A program made the translations under genes and the position numbers. Shown here piece by piece: positions 54,900 through 64,000 of a stretch of 64,000 nucleotides of DNA; positions within the stretch are counted from its first letter, which is position 1; every line of letters begins with the position of its first letter. Below the pieces are notes generated by a model, which saw only the letters and a program-made list of their open reading frames with translations, was not told the origin of the DNA and ran no database searches. The stretch is from Candidatus Micrarchaeia archaeon (GTDB lineage Archaea; Micrarchaeota; Micrarchaeia; Burarchaeales; Fermentimicrarchaeaceae): positions 207,847 to 271,846 of the forward strand of contig JAVZHX010000002.1 in NCBI GenBank assembly GCA_038871515.1. The letters run 5' to 3'.

Positions 54900-56336
54900 A
54901 TGAAGAGAGAGGAGTGCGGGGTGTTTGGGATTTACTCATTCAGGAAGGATGAGGTTGCGCTTTCAATTTACAATGGGTTGATTGCAATTCAGCACAGGGG
55001 GCAGGACAGCGCTGGTATTGCGACGTTTGATGGAAAGACGATTCATCTTAAAAAGGGGATGGGTTTAACCTCTGAGGTGATTTCTGAGAATGATTTGTTA
55101 GCTTTGAAAGGAAGTGTTGGAATTGGGAGCGTGAGATACCCAACAGTTGGAAGCTCATCAATAAGGGATGCCCAGCCTTTCAAGGTTGATTTTCCAAGGG
55201 AGGGAATTGCAATTGCGCATAATGGAAATTTGGTGAATTTTGTTTCTCTGAAAAATGAATTGGAAGGAAGGGGAACTCCAGTTCTCTCTCAGTGCGACAG
55301 CGAGGTAATTCTTAAAGTTCTTGCTGAGGAATTGAGCAAAACAGACGATGTTTTTCTTGCAGTTTCAAACATTATGAAAAAACTTGAAGGGGCTTACTGC
55401 GAGGTTGTTATCACTGGAAGGGGAGAGTTAATTGCATTCCGAGATCCTCATGGGTTCAGACCGCTGTGCTTTGGAAGAAATGAAGATTGCATAATATTTG
55501 CTTCTGAAAGCGTTGCGCTTGATATAAATGATGTTGAGCTAACTGAACAGGTTAAACCAGGTGAGGTGATTGTTGTAAATGAGAAGGGAGTGGAGAGAAG
55601 GATGGTTGCAAAGAGTGTAAGAAAGCACTGCATGTTTGAGTATGTTTACTTCTCAAGGCCAGATTCTATTCTTGATGCTGGAAGCGTTTACGATATACGA
55701 GTGAAGTTAGGGAGGAATTTGGCAAAAGCTCATCCTGCAAAGGCAGATGTAGTTGTTCCTGTCCCGGACACCTCAAGGCCTGCTGCAGAGGGTTTTTCAA
55801 GGGAGAGCGGAGTAAAACTGGAGGAGGGTTTGATAAAAAATAGATATATAATGAGAACTTTCATAATGCCGGAGCAGAGGATAAGGGATGAGGCGATTAA
55901 GAAGAAGCTGAACCCATTGAAAACTGTTCTGAAAGGTAAAAGTGTTGTGGTGATAGATGACAGTATAGTAAGAGGGACAACAACAAATAAACTTGTTAAA
56001 TTATTGAAGGATGCTGGGGCAAAAGAGGTACATGTCAGAATAACCTGCCCACCAATTGTCTCACCGTGTTTCTATGGAATTGACATAGCCAACCATCATG
56101 AGTTGATTGCTTTCCGATGCAACGGCAAGGTGGAAGAAATAAGGAAGCTGCTTGGAGCGGATTCACTTGGCTATCAAACAATAGATGGTTTGGTTGATGC
56201 GATTGGAATTGGGAAGGAGAATCTTTGCATGGCGTGTCTTAATGAGGAGTATCCAACTCCTGGTGCTGCAAGAATTGCAAAGGAGATGAAAGGAAAAAGC
56301 AAGGAGGAAATGAAGGGAAAGAGGTATTGGGAGTAG
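54900..56336 (+). CDS. purF: Amidophosphoribosyltransferase
   Basis: EECGVFG (N-terminal Cys nucleophile), QHRGQDSAG, HNGNL, CMFEYVYFSRPDS, DDSIVRGTT, PCFYGID, CMAC. Confidence 0.96.
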   Translation: MKREECGVFGIYSFRKDEVALSIYNGLIAIQHRGQDSAGIATFDGKTIHLKKGMGLTSEVISENDLLALKGSVGIGSVRYPTVGSSSIRDAQPFKVDFPREGIAIAHNGNLVNFVSLKNELEGRGTPVLSQCDSEVILKVLAEELSKTDDVFLAVSNIMKKLEGAYCEVVITGRGELIAFRDPHGFRPLCFGRNEDCIIFASESVALDINDVELTEQVKPGEVIVVNEKGVERRMVAKSVRKHCMFEYVYFSRPDSILDAGSVYDIRVKLGRNLAKAHPAKADVVVPVPDTSRPAAEGFSRESGVKLEEGLIKNRYIMRTFIMPEQRIRDEAIKKKLNPLKTVLKGKSVVVIDDSIVRGTTTNKLVKLLKDAGAKEVHVRITCPPIVSPCFYGIDIANHHELIAFRCNGKVEEIRKLLGADSLGYQTIDGLVDAIGIGKENLCMACLNEEYPTPGAARIAKEMKGKSKEEMKGKRYWE

Positions 56337-56350
56337 GCGTCTGTCACTTA

Positions 56351-57658
56351 TCATTTGGTGGGTATCAGAAGCCATTTCCAAAGAGGCATGAATATTATCT
56401 TAGTTCCCTTGAGTTTCTCCTTCCCTCCATAATCTTCTGTTATCACCAGTAGATTTCTGCATTTCAGCTCCTTAGATGCTTTAAGCAAAGCCCTCAGCTC
56501 TCTTTTTCTAACATCTCTATCCCAAACTTCTTTGCATACTTGAATAAGCTGTTGCACCTTGGAATTTTTTTGAATAACGAAATCAACTTCCTCCTGCTGT
56601 GGGTTTTTCCAGTAGAAAATGTTGGTGAGCGGTCCTCTTCTTCTCTCCAGCTCTAAGAAAACAGCATTCTCCATCTTTCTTCCTTTCTCCTCGCTAACTT
56701 CCACAAGTTTCGCAAAACCCAAATCTGAGAGGTATACCTTGCTCACGGCAAGCTCTCTCTTGCGTATGGAGCGGTGGAATTTCGGCACAAAAAAAGCAAA
56801 AATTGAATCTTCCAGCATAGACACGTACGCATATAAGGTATTCTTGCCTACGCGAACTCCTTGGGATTTGAGCGTGAGGTATATCTTGTGTATACTGAAC
56901 TCTTTGGAGAAAGAAGCTGAAAGAGTTTTTATCAACCATTTCGCAAGCGCGGAGTTTTTTATCTTATATCTCTCCACAACATCTCTGTACACTAGAAGAT
57001 TGAAGTACTCGCTCAGGATTTTCAGCTTATTTTCTTGGTTGTCCTCCAGAGCAACTTCCGGGAATCCTCCGAAAGTTAGGTACTCATCCAAGAGGTGAAG
57101 GAGGGTTGCTTTCTCCTCTGTGCTTATCCGGTTTACATCAAAAGTGAGATTGTGCATTTTGAGAAACTCCCTGAAAGAGAACGGCAACAGCATATATGCA
57201 ATAGTCCTACCACGAAGGGATGTGGCAATTTCTCTACTGAGCAACTTTGAGCTTGAGCCACTTAAATAAATGTCAAACTCCTCATCGTGCAACGAACGCA
57301 CTGCCTGCTCCCATTTTTCAATGTTTTGTGGTTCATCTATAAAGATATGGAGTTTTTCGTTCAAAGATTCGGGATACAGCTGCCAGTGCAACTTCGCAAG
57401 CTCTCGAATTTCCCTGAAAGTGATGCCGCTTAACCTAGGGTCTTCAAAATTGAGATAGAGGATATTCTCTTTTCTTACACCATCTGCAAGAAGCTTTTTC
57501 ATCTGCTGATACATAAAATAAGTTTTTCCTGCTCTACGCGGACCTATGATGGATTTTACTTTTTTGCTTTCATGTATTTGTAGTTCTCTTTCCACAAGCT
57601 GTGGTAAAGTTCTCTTCTGAAAATCAACCAAATACTCCCTAACAGCTTCCTCGAGCAT
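56351..57658 (-). CDS. AAA+ ATPase (COG1373; AAA_14 + DUF4143)
   Basis: GPRRAGKT, NFEDPRL, IDEPQ, SLRGR, GGFPEV, KVYLSDLG, EVDFV...LIQVC. Confidence 0.9.
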   Translation of the reverse strand: MLEEAVREYLVDFQKRTLPQLVERELQIHESKKVKSIIGPRRAGKTYFMYQQMKKLLADGVRKENILYLNFEDPRLSGITFREIRELAKLHWQLYPESLNEKLHIFIDEPQNIEKWEQAVRSLHDEEFDIYLSGSSSKLLSREIATSLRGRTIAYMLLPFSFREFLKMHNLTFDVNRISTEEKATLLHLLDEYLTFGGFPEVALEDNQENKLKILSEYFNLLVYRDVVERYKIKNSALAKWLIKTLSASFSKEFSIHKIYLTLKSQGVRVGKNTLYAYVSMLEDSIFAFFVPKFHRSIRKRELAVSKVYLSDLGFAKLVEVSEEKGRKMENAVFLELERRRGPLTNIFYWKNPQQEEVDFVIQKNSKVQQLIQVCKEVWDRDVRKRELRALLKASKELKCRNLLVITEDYGGKEKLKGTKIIFMPLWKWLLIPTK

Positions 57659-58150
57659 GTATTATTTATTGAGAAATAAATATATAAATCTTTCTCTATA
57701 TGTGGAACTATTGGGGGGTAGAGAATATGCGCTTCATATCTTCGCTATGGTTATCGGTTTTATGAGTTCCTGACATGGGATAAAATAGGATTTTTGAATA
57801 TATAAAAATTGCACATTTGTCGATTAATCGGTATCACTATGTAATACATGAAATTATATGAATACGCAACTTGATTGGGGGTGCGTTCCAGGTCCGGTTC
57901 TGCCTGCTCTGCCATACCCCGTCTACCTATGGTCGTTGAATACGTTATTAAATATTAATGCCAACACACAAAATCCATAGTGGATTATAATTAGCTCTAC
58001 GTAATCAGGTTGCTTCTCCCAGCACGACATATAAACACGTATTACTTCTTCTTGGCGATGCTTTTTCACAAGCTTGTTCATCAAAAATTTCAGTGAGAAT
58101 TATAAAAATGTATGCAGTAAATTATACGCGAGTTAACTGAGAGGTGAACT

Positions 58151-59485
58151 ATGGAGAGAGTTCTCCTTGTTGGCAACGGTGGGAGAGAGCACGCAATTGC
58201 AAGGGCAGTTAAGAGAAGCAACGGCTCTGTTCAACTGTACGCTTTCATGGGAGCAAAAAACCCAGGAATTGCAAGATTATGCGAGGAGTTTGTTGTTGGA
58301 AACACGCTTGATGCGGGAGCAGTTGCAAAGTTCGCAACAAGCAAGAGGATTAGCTTGGCGGTGATTGGACCCGAAGCACCGCTTGAGGCAGGAGTTGTTG
58401 ATGAGCTGCAGAAGAATGGAGTGGGGTGCGCCGGCCCAACAAGGAGTGCGGCAAGGATGGAAACTGATAAAGGGTTTGCAAGGGAGCTTCTGAAAAAATA
58501 TAAAATAAAGGGCTCGCCTGCTTTTGGAGTTTTCACTGATGTGAACGAAGCATTTAACTTTATAGATTCACTTGGGAAGCCGGTTGTTGTAAAACCAGCT
58601 GGTTTGACGGGTGGAAAGGGAGTGAAAATACTTGGGGAGCATCTGAAAGATGAAAATGAAGCAAAGGAGTATGTTAAGGAGATTGTTGAGAAAGGGGTTG
58701 GGGGTTTGAAGAAAGTTGTTGTTGAGGAGAAGCTTGACGGAGAGGAGTTCTCCCTTCAGGCTTTTGTTGATGGGAGAAGGGTGATTGGCACTCCGATGGT
58801 GCAGGATCATAAGAGAGCATTTCCAAACGACGAAGGGCCAAATACCGGGGGAATGGGCTCCTATTCAGATGCAGGCTACATCCTTCCCTTCCTTAGAAAA
58901 AGCGATTATGAGGAAGGGTTGTCAATAATGCAGAAAGCAGTTGATGCTTACAGAAAGGAAACAGGTGAGGAGTATAAAGGGTTTCTTTACGGTGGTTTTA
59001 TTGTCACTTCAAATGGAGTGAAGCTGCTTGAGTTCAACGCAAGGTTAGGTGACCCTGAAGCGATGAACACTCTTTCCGTGATAAAAAGCGATTTCCTGAA
59101 TATTTTGGAGAGAATTGTTGACGGGAATTTGAAAACAGCTGATTTCTATAAGAAGGCAACTGTGTGCAAATACCTTGTGCCAGAGGGCTATCCTGCTTCA
59201 CCGAAAAAGAATGAATTAATTGAGGTTGATGAGAAGGGAATTGAGAGAACAGGTGCAATTCTTTACTATGCAGCTGTTAATGAAATTGATGGAAAACTTT
59301 ACACAGGAAGCTCAAGAACGGCTGGTTTGGTGGGAATTTCTGAAAGCATTGAGAAAGCAGAGAGAATTGCTGAGAGCGCGGTTGGTTTTGTGAAAGGAAA
59401 GCTTTTCTACAGAAAGGATATAGGGACAAAGGGGCTTATTCAGAAAAGAATGCAACACATGAAAAAGTTAAGGGGTCATTTGTAA
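58151..59485 (+). CDS. purD: Phosphoribosylamine--glycine ligase
   Basis: GNGGREHA, GPEAPL, GKGV, QDHKRA, GPNTGGMG, EFNARLGDPE; GAGGTGA RBS. Confidence 0.96.
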   Translation: MERVLLVGNGGREHAIARAVKRSNGSVQLYAFMGAKNPGIARLCEEFVVGNTLDAGAVAKFATSKRISLAVIGPEAPLEAGVVDELQKNGVGCAGPTRSAARMETDKGFARELLKKYKIKGSPAFGVFTDVNEAFNFIDSLGKPVVVKPAGLTGGKGVKILGEHLKDENEAKEYVKEIVEKGVGGLKKVVVEEKLDGEEFSLQAFVDGRRVIGTPMVQDHKRAFPNDEGPNTGGMGSYSDAGYILPFLRKSDYEEGLSIMQKAVDAYRKETGEEYKGFLYGGFIVTSNGVKLLEFNARLGDPEAMNTLSVIKSDFLNILERIVDGNLKTADFYKKATVCKYLVPEGYPASPKKNELIEVDEKGIERTGAILYYAAVNEIDGKLYTGSSRTAGLVGISESIEKAERIAESAVGFVKGKLFYRKDIGTKGLIQKRMQHMKKLRGHL

Positions 59486-60138
59486 CCCATTTTTCTTAAT
59501 AAGTTCAAATCAACTTCCCTGAAATCCTTTATTGTTTTACAATACGGAAAATAGCTTCTTGGCAGGGAGGTTGTTAAAGCAACGCACTTCATCCCAGCTC
59601 TTCTTGCTGCTTCCACTCCATACGGAGAATCCTCAAAAACCAAACACTCGCTTGGTTTAACACCAAGTTTCTTTGCAGCAAGCAACAACGCTTCCGGGTC
59701 TGGCTTTCTGTTTTTCACATCCTCCCTTCCTATGAAATTTTTGAACTCATCATAAAGTTTTAACTTTTTCAGCATTGTTGCTATGTTTTTTCTGTAACCA
59801 CCTGAAGCAATTATCTTTTTCACTCCAAGTTTGTTAAGAAGTTTGTTGAACTTCATAAAACCCTTAACTGGTTTCACCCCTTCTTTTTTCACCAACTCCT
59901 GAAAAACCCTCATTCTCTTTCTCACCCAGAACTTTGCGCTTCTCTTTATTCCATAAGTTCTGAAAATATCCTCCATTATGCTCAAAGAGCCTAAGCCAAC
60001 GTATTTTTCTCTGTAGAGTTTGTTTGGTATGAATATTCCAAGTTTTTTCAGAGTTAAGTTGAATGATTTTCTGTGCACTGGCTCGCTGTCCGCAACAACT
60101 CCATCAAAATCAAATATCACTGCTTTCAGAGTGTCCAT
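59476..60138 (-). CDS. HAD-family phosphatase (beta-PGM/CbbY-like)
   Basis: FDFDGVVADSE, KPDPE, FEDSPYGVEAA. Confidence 0.9.
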   Translation of the reverse strand: MDTLKAVIFDFDGVVADSEPVHRKSFNLTLKKLGIFIPNKLYREKYVGLGSLSIMEDIFRTYGIKRSAKFWVRKRMRVFQELVKKEGVKPVKGFMKFNKLLNKLGVKKIIASGGYRKNIATMLKKLKLYDEFKNFIGREDVKNRKPDPEALLLAAKKLGVKPSECLVFEDSPYGVEAARRAGMKCVALTTSLPRSYFPYCKTIKDFREVDLNLLRKMGYK

Positions 60139-60168
60139 AGTAAATTTAATATAATGTATAATATTTAT

Positions 60169-61104
60169 ATGAAAACCCTTGTTATCGCGCTTGGAGGAAA
60201 CATGCTTCTCCAGAAAGGAGAAACAGGAACTTTTGAGGATCAGCTCGAGAATGCAAAGAAAACTGCTAAAGTTATAGCTGGTTTAATTGAGAAGGGTTAT
60301 GAGGTTATTATAACTCATGGGAATGGCCCTCAGGTAGGCGCGATACTCATTCAGCAAGAAAGGGGGAGGGATGAGGTGCCAGCGATGCCACTTGATGTTT
60401 GCGTTGCAGAAAGTCAAGGTGAAATTGGCTACATGTTACAAAGAACTTTGAGGGAGGAGCTGATGAAAAGAGGAATTGAGAGGCCGGTTGCAACAGTTGT
60501 CACCCAGGTGCTTGTTGATGAAAAAGATGAGGCATTCAAAAACCCAACCAAACCAATTGGGCCGTTCTACTCAAAGAAGCAAGCGAGTAAATTGAGCAAG
60601 GGGACTGGTTACCTCTTCAAAGAGGATGCCGGAAGAGGTTACAGGAGAGTTGTGCCCTCCCCAGAGCCAAAGGAAATTCTTGAGAAGGATGCAATAAAGA
60701 GAATGATTAAGGGAGGAGTGATAGTGATTGCATCCGGGGGAGGAGGCATACCTGTTGTAAGAAGAGGAAACAAGTTCAGGGGAGTGGAAGCGGTGATAGA
60801 TAAGGATTTGGCTGCAGCTGTGCTTGCTGATGAAGTTGATGCAGATATGTTAGTGATATTAACCGATGTAAAGGCAGCTTTTCTTAATTACAGAAAGGGA
60901 AGAGGATGCGAGATGGAGCTGAGGAAAACGACTGCTGAGAATGCGGAAAAGTATATGAAAGAAGGTCATTTTGCTCCAGGCAGCATGAAACCCAAAATTC
61001 AGGCAGCAATAAACTTTGCAAGGAAAGGAGGAAAAACAATTATCACAAGCCCCAAGTATCTTGAGAAAGCATTAAAAGGAGATGCTGGAACGCTGATTGA
61101 GTAG
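60169..61104 (+). CDS. arcC: Carbamate kinase
   Basis: VIALGGN, THGNGPQVG, PTKPIG, RRVVPSP, EAVIDKD, GSMKPKI. Confidence 0.95.
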   Translation: MKTLVIALGGNMLLQKGETGTFEDQLENAKKTAKVIAGLIEKGYEVIITHGNGPQVGAILIQQERGRDEVPAMPLDVCVAESQGEIGYMLQRTLREELMKRGIERPVATVVTQVLVDEKDEAFKNPTKPIGPFYSKKQASKLSKGTGYLFKEDAGRGYRRVVPSPEPKEILEKDAIKRMIKGGVIVIASGGGGIPVVRRGNKFRGVEAVIDKDLAAAVLADEVDADMLVILTDVKAAFLNYRKGRGCEMELRKTTAENAEKYMKEGHFAPGSMKPKIQAAINFARKGGKTIITSPKYLEKALKGDAGTLIE

Positions 61105-63999
61105 CTATCCTGGGCAGCCTGTGCATGCATCGCAGTCGTTTCCATTACCAGAGACAGTATTGGCTGAGAAGGTTGGCTTCCAGAAAGCAGTGTTACAGTT
61201 AACCCCGTACTGAGTATTTGAGAGTATTCTGTTGAGGGAAACATCAACTGCGCACTCTTCAAAGTATATTCCCGTATTGGTGTTGCTTGAAATTGTGTTG
61301 TTGCGTATAGAGCCGGTGCTCGCATACGTGCAATACACTCCATATATGTTATTTCTTATCGTGTTATTGGCGACTGATGCGTTATATGGTTGGTTTATAT
61401 GAACTCCATAGCTCACATCGTAGATGGTATTGTTTGCTACTGTTACATTATCCGTGGAGATATTCACCCCTGCAAATGCTTTTGTGATTGTATTATTGAA
61501 TACGAAGTTCCTGTGCGAGTTATCAATTATATTCACTCCATAGAAAGTGGTGTTGTATATTGTGTTATTTCTTATAGTATTGTTCAGCGAGCTATACCAC
61601 ACCTCAACAGCACCCTCGTAGAGAGGCATTCCACCCGAATAAAGGGAGATGTTATAAAGGCGATTGCTGTTGATAAGATTGTTTGATGAGCTGAGCAAGT
61701 TCAACCCTCTGGCGGAGTTGTATATTTCGTTAAGTTCAACTAGGTTGTTATAAGCATCTGAAAAGAGCACTCCGGATTTAGCTCTGTTTATTTTGTTTCT
61801 TAAAACTCTGTTTGAGTTACTTTCATAAAGGAATATGGATGCACCGCTGTCATATATGTTGTTCTCATAAACTGAGCAGTTGTCTGATGAGTAAGCAAGC
61901 CAGATTGGGTTGTTTGTGCTGTTGAAAATTGTGTTGTTGTAAATTAAGTTTTTTGAGGAGCTATCTAGGTAGATAACACCTCCTAGGCTGCCGGGTATGA
62001 GGAAGGAGTATGTGAAGTTGTATATTGTGTTGTTGTGTATTTTGCTGTTGTTGGTTGATTTCAGGTAGATTGCGTGGGTGTAACCTGAGATTGAACCGGG
62101 GTAGCCTTTTATCACGCAGTTTTTGATTTCGATATTTTTCCTTCCCTCAGCGTAGATTGCGGAATACTCGGCAGGCCAACCAGCGCAACACCATGAGATT
62201 GAATGGCCAGCGCAGTCTAAAGTTACATTATCCGCCCCAAAAGTGATGCACGTTGAATCATTTACTAAATCTGCTGTGAGCACTGTGTTTTTGGTTATTG
62301 TACCACATGTTGACATTGGCAGAGGTGGACAGGATGGGCATCCATCACAGTTAACCGTGTTGTTTGTTATGACGTTGTTATAGAAATATGCATCGGACTG
62401 GGGAACACCTGCCTCACAGTAAACTCCATAATCCGAGTGACCAGTTATCTGATTTGAGATGAGATTGATAAACCTCTGCTGGTATACATAAACTCCAGTG
62501 TGAAGGTTATCTTTTATTGTATTGAACCTGAGTACATTATTGGTTTTACTATTCTGCACAAACACGCCAATATCATTGTGATGTATGTGGTTGTATTGAA
62601 TGACGTTGTTGTTGCCATAGTCATCTATCTGTATACCATATCGATCACAATTATAGATATCGTTTTGTGAAACCAGAGAATTATTGGTGTGCTGCCAGAC
62701 AAATACGCCAACATAACACTTACTAAATTTATTATTTATAATCTGAATGTTGTTTCCATGTAGAATAACACAGTAATCTCGGGTGTTCGAGATTGTTGCA
62801 TTTTTTATAACTGCGTTGTCACTAGCCACGTACAAACCTGGAACCCATGTGCCTATTCCATACGAGCCTAGGTATTCTAGATCAGTATTGTTCATTACAA
62901 GGGTTGAACCATCAAGAGCTTCAAAAACGAAACGGGGTTGCCCGTAGTTACACTTCACTATGCAACTGTAACAAGGAGCGGGCCAGTCCCCCGCATCACA
63001 ACCGGATGGTATCGGATCTTCTGCGCAACAATCTGGTTCACCGGCGCAGCAATCCTTTCTGGTCGTATTAACAGTGAAGTTAGAGCGCACACCATTGTTA
63101 TCTGTCACATAGAGTTGCCCTTCGAGGTAGATACCGTATTTTGGAGAACCTGGAAGGTTGGGGGTGAGGTCAAAAGTGAGATTAACTCCTTTGAGAGTTA
63201 GTTTACCACCTTTAAGTACCTTCAACCACCCATCTACAATGTGAATTTCTACATCATCGCATTTTATTTCCGAGTCAACAATTACCTCTCCCGATAGGAA
63301 GATGGGTACCCCATACTCTGCTATGGTATAGTTACTTAAGCTAATGCCGGGCGTGGCTGTCACCCCGCTTATTCTAACATCCTCCCGGACAGTATCCGAG
63401 AATATCGTAGTTGCATTTCCAGAGATATCAGTGATATTCAGAGAGGGAGTTAGGCTTGCATTTCCGGTGGCATTATGGATGAAATTGAGTGGATAACTGC
63501 ATATCGCATTGCCGTATTTATCCTCCAGATGTGCTGTGATGAGAAAGTTCTTACCACATAATGGTGGGAAGCGAGAGTTAGTTAGATACAATAGATTTGG
63601 GGTATAATCCAGAACTGTTGAGTTTCTAATGGTAAGCCCAAGGTCAGGCGCGTACACAGTTGCATTCACTCTCACTTTTTCCATATGTAGCTTGGTATCC
63701 GAGAAAACTGTTGAAGCTTCACCTCCATCATTAGTAAAGGTGAGTGTAGGGCTGAGGCTTGCAATCCCCGTTGCATTATGGGAGAATGAAACATCAAGCT
63801 CTGGTATCCTGTTTCCCTTCTGATCAAGAACTGTCACAGTTATATGCGTTGCATTGCTGCATGGTTCTGTAAGAGAGTGGGTGAGAAGAACTGTTGAGGG
63901 AACGTAGTAAAACCTCACTGTTGTGGTGTTTGAAATGGGTGGTGCAACTCCTGTTATAGTTGCTGCACCGGGTGAAGTTGAAGTTATCCTAACTGTTGC
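61105..63999 (-). CDS. Large secreted protein, Ig-like (Big_1) domains plus two parallel beta-helix (PbH1/NosD) regions; 5' end outside window
   Basis: Reading frame is open to the window edge (ATVRITSTSPG...); Ig-like T...G.A...F repeats; many N-N-x-I-x-N-N-x-I turns; Cys-rich caps. Confidence 0.85.
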   Translation of the reverse strand, partial: ATVRITSTSPGAATITGVAPPISNTTTVRFYYVPSTVLLTHSLTEPCSNATHITVTVLDQKGNRIPELDVSFSHNATGIASLSPTLTFTNDGGEASTVFSDTKLHMEKVRVNATVYAPDLGLTIRNSTVLDYTPNLLYLTNSRFPPLCGKNFLITAHLEDKYGNAICSYPLNFIHNATGNASLTPSLNITDISGNATTIFSDTVREDVRISGVTATPGISLSNYTIAEYGVPIFLSGEVIVDSEIKCDDVEIHIVDGWLKVLKGGKLTLKGVNLTFDLTPNLPGSPKYGIYLEGQLYVTDNNGVRSNFTVNTTRKDCCAGEPDCCAEDPIPSGCDAGDWPAPCYSCIVKCNYGQPRFVFEALDGSTLVMNNTDLEYLGSYGIGTWVPGLYVASDNAVIKNATISNTRDYCVILHGNNIQIINNKFSKCYVGVFVWQHTNNSLVSQNDIYNCDRYGIQIDDYGNNNVIQYNHIHHNDIGVFVQNSKTNNVLRFNTIKDNLHTGVYVYQQRFINLISNQITGHSDYGVYCEAGVPQSDAYFYNNVITNNTVNCDGCPSCPPLPMSTCGTITKNTVLTADLVNDSTCITFGADNVTLDCAGHSISWCCAGWPAEYSAIYAEGRKNIEIKNCVIKGYPGSISGYTHAIYLKSTNNSKIHNNTIYNFTYSFLIPGSLGGVIYLDSSSKNLIYNNTIFNSTNNPIWLAYSSDNCSVYENNIYDSGASIFLYESNSNRVLRNKINRAKSGVLFSDAYNNLVELNEIYNSARGLNLLSSSNNLINSNRLYNISLYSGGMPLYEGAVEVWYSSLNNTIRNNTIYNTTFYGVNIIDNSHRNFVFNNTITKAFAGVNISTDNVTVANNTIYDVSYGVHINQPYNASVANNTIRNNIYGVYCTYASTGSIRNNTISSNTNTGIYFEECAVDVSLNRILSNTQYGVNCNTAFWKPTFSANTVSGNGNDCDACTGCPG

Positions 64000-64000
64000 C

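Noticed and set aside
57700-58150. Possible purine/ZTP riboswitch or tRNA upstream of purD
   Set aside because: No conserved ZTP or purine aptamer core and no cloverleaf or TTCRA arm found
60144-60171. dif-like string ATTTAATATAA-TGTATA-ATATTTATATG
   Set aside because: It sits in an AT-rich divergent promoter gap and the right arm does not fit the Xer consensus; likely chance
336-63823. Numerous 60-180 aa ORFs antisense to or nested in called genes
   Set aside because: Shadow ORFs with no motifs or RBS, overlapping well-supported genes

Overview
Archaeal chromosomal window. The gene content (archaeal IleRS, RFC small subunit, Pelota, ABCE1, AglB-like OST, two FtsZ2-type genes, BRE/TATA promoters, oligo-T terminators) fits a DPANN/Micrarchaeota-like genome, but that taxon is inferred. 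Housekeeping genes (ileS, rfcS, pelA, ABCE1, ftsZ x2, purF, purD, arcC) are interleaved with four kinds of accessory DNA. (i) A ~20 kb surface-glycosylation cluster: GT4/GT2/GT-C, Wzm/Wzt ABC exporter, methyltransferase, FAD enzyme, AglB-like protein. (ii) Large secreted modular proteins: a subtilase with duplicated LamG domains, a 3518-aa Cys-rich repeat protein with disintegrin-like units, and a beta-helix protein running off the end. (iii) Small defence/TA-like cassettes: four ATPase-nuclease genes, MNT-HEPN, and two wHTH + nucleotidyltransferase pairs, several with paired palindromic operators and some with frameshifts. (iv) One IS6-like transposase. I saw no rRNA, tRNA or CRISPR array. 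The most notable signals are the giant protein and its variable Cys-bounded loop, an ATPase cassette bounded by identical 19-bp palindromic sites, operator pairs spaced 32-33 bp, and tandem ftsZ2 genes with an unannotated 27-aa ORF between them. All alignments and family assignments were made by eye, without database searches.
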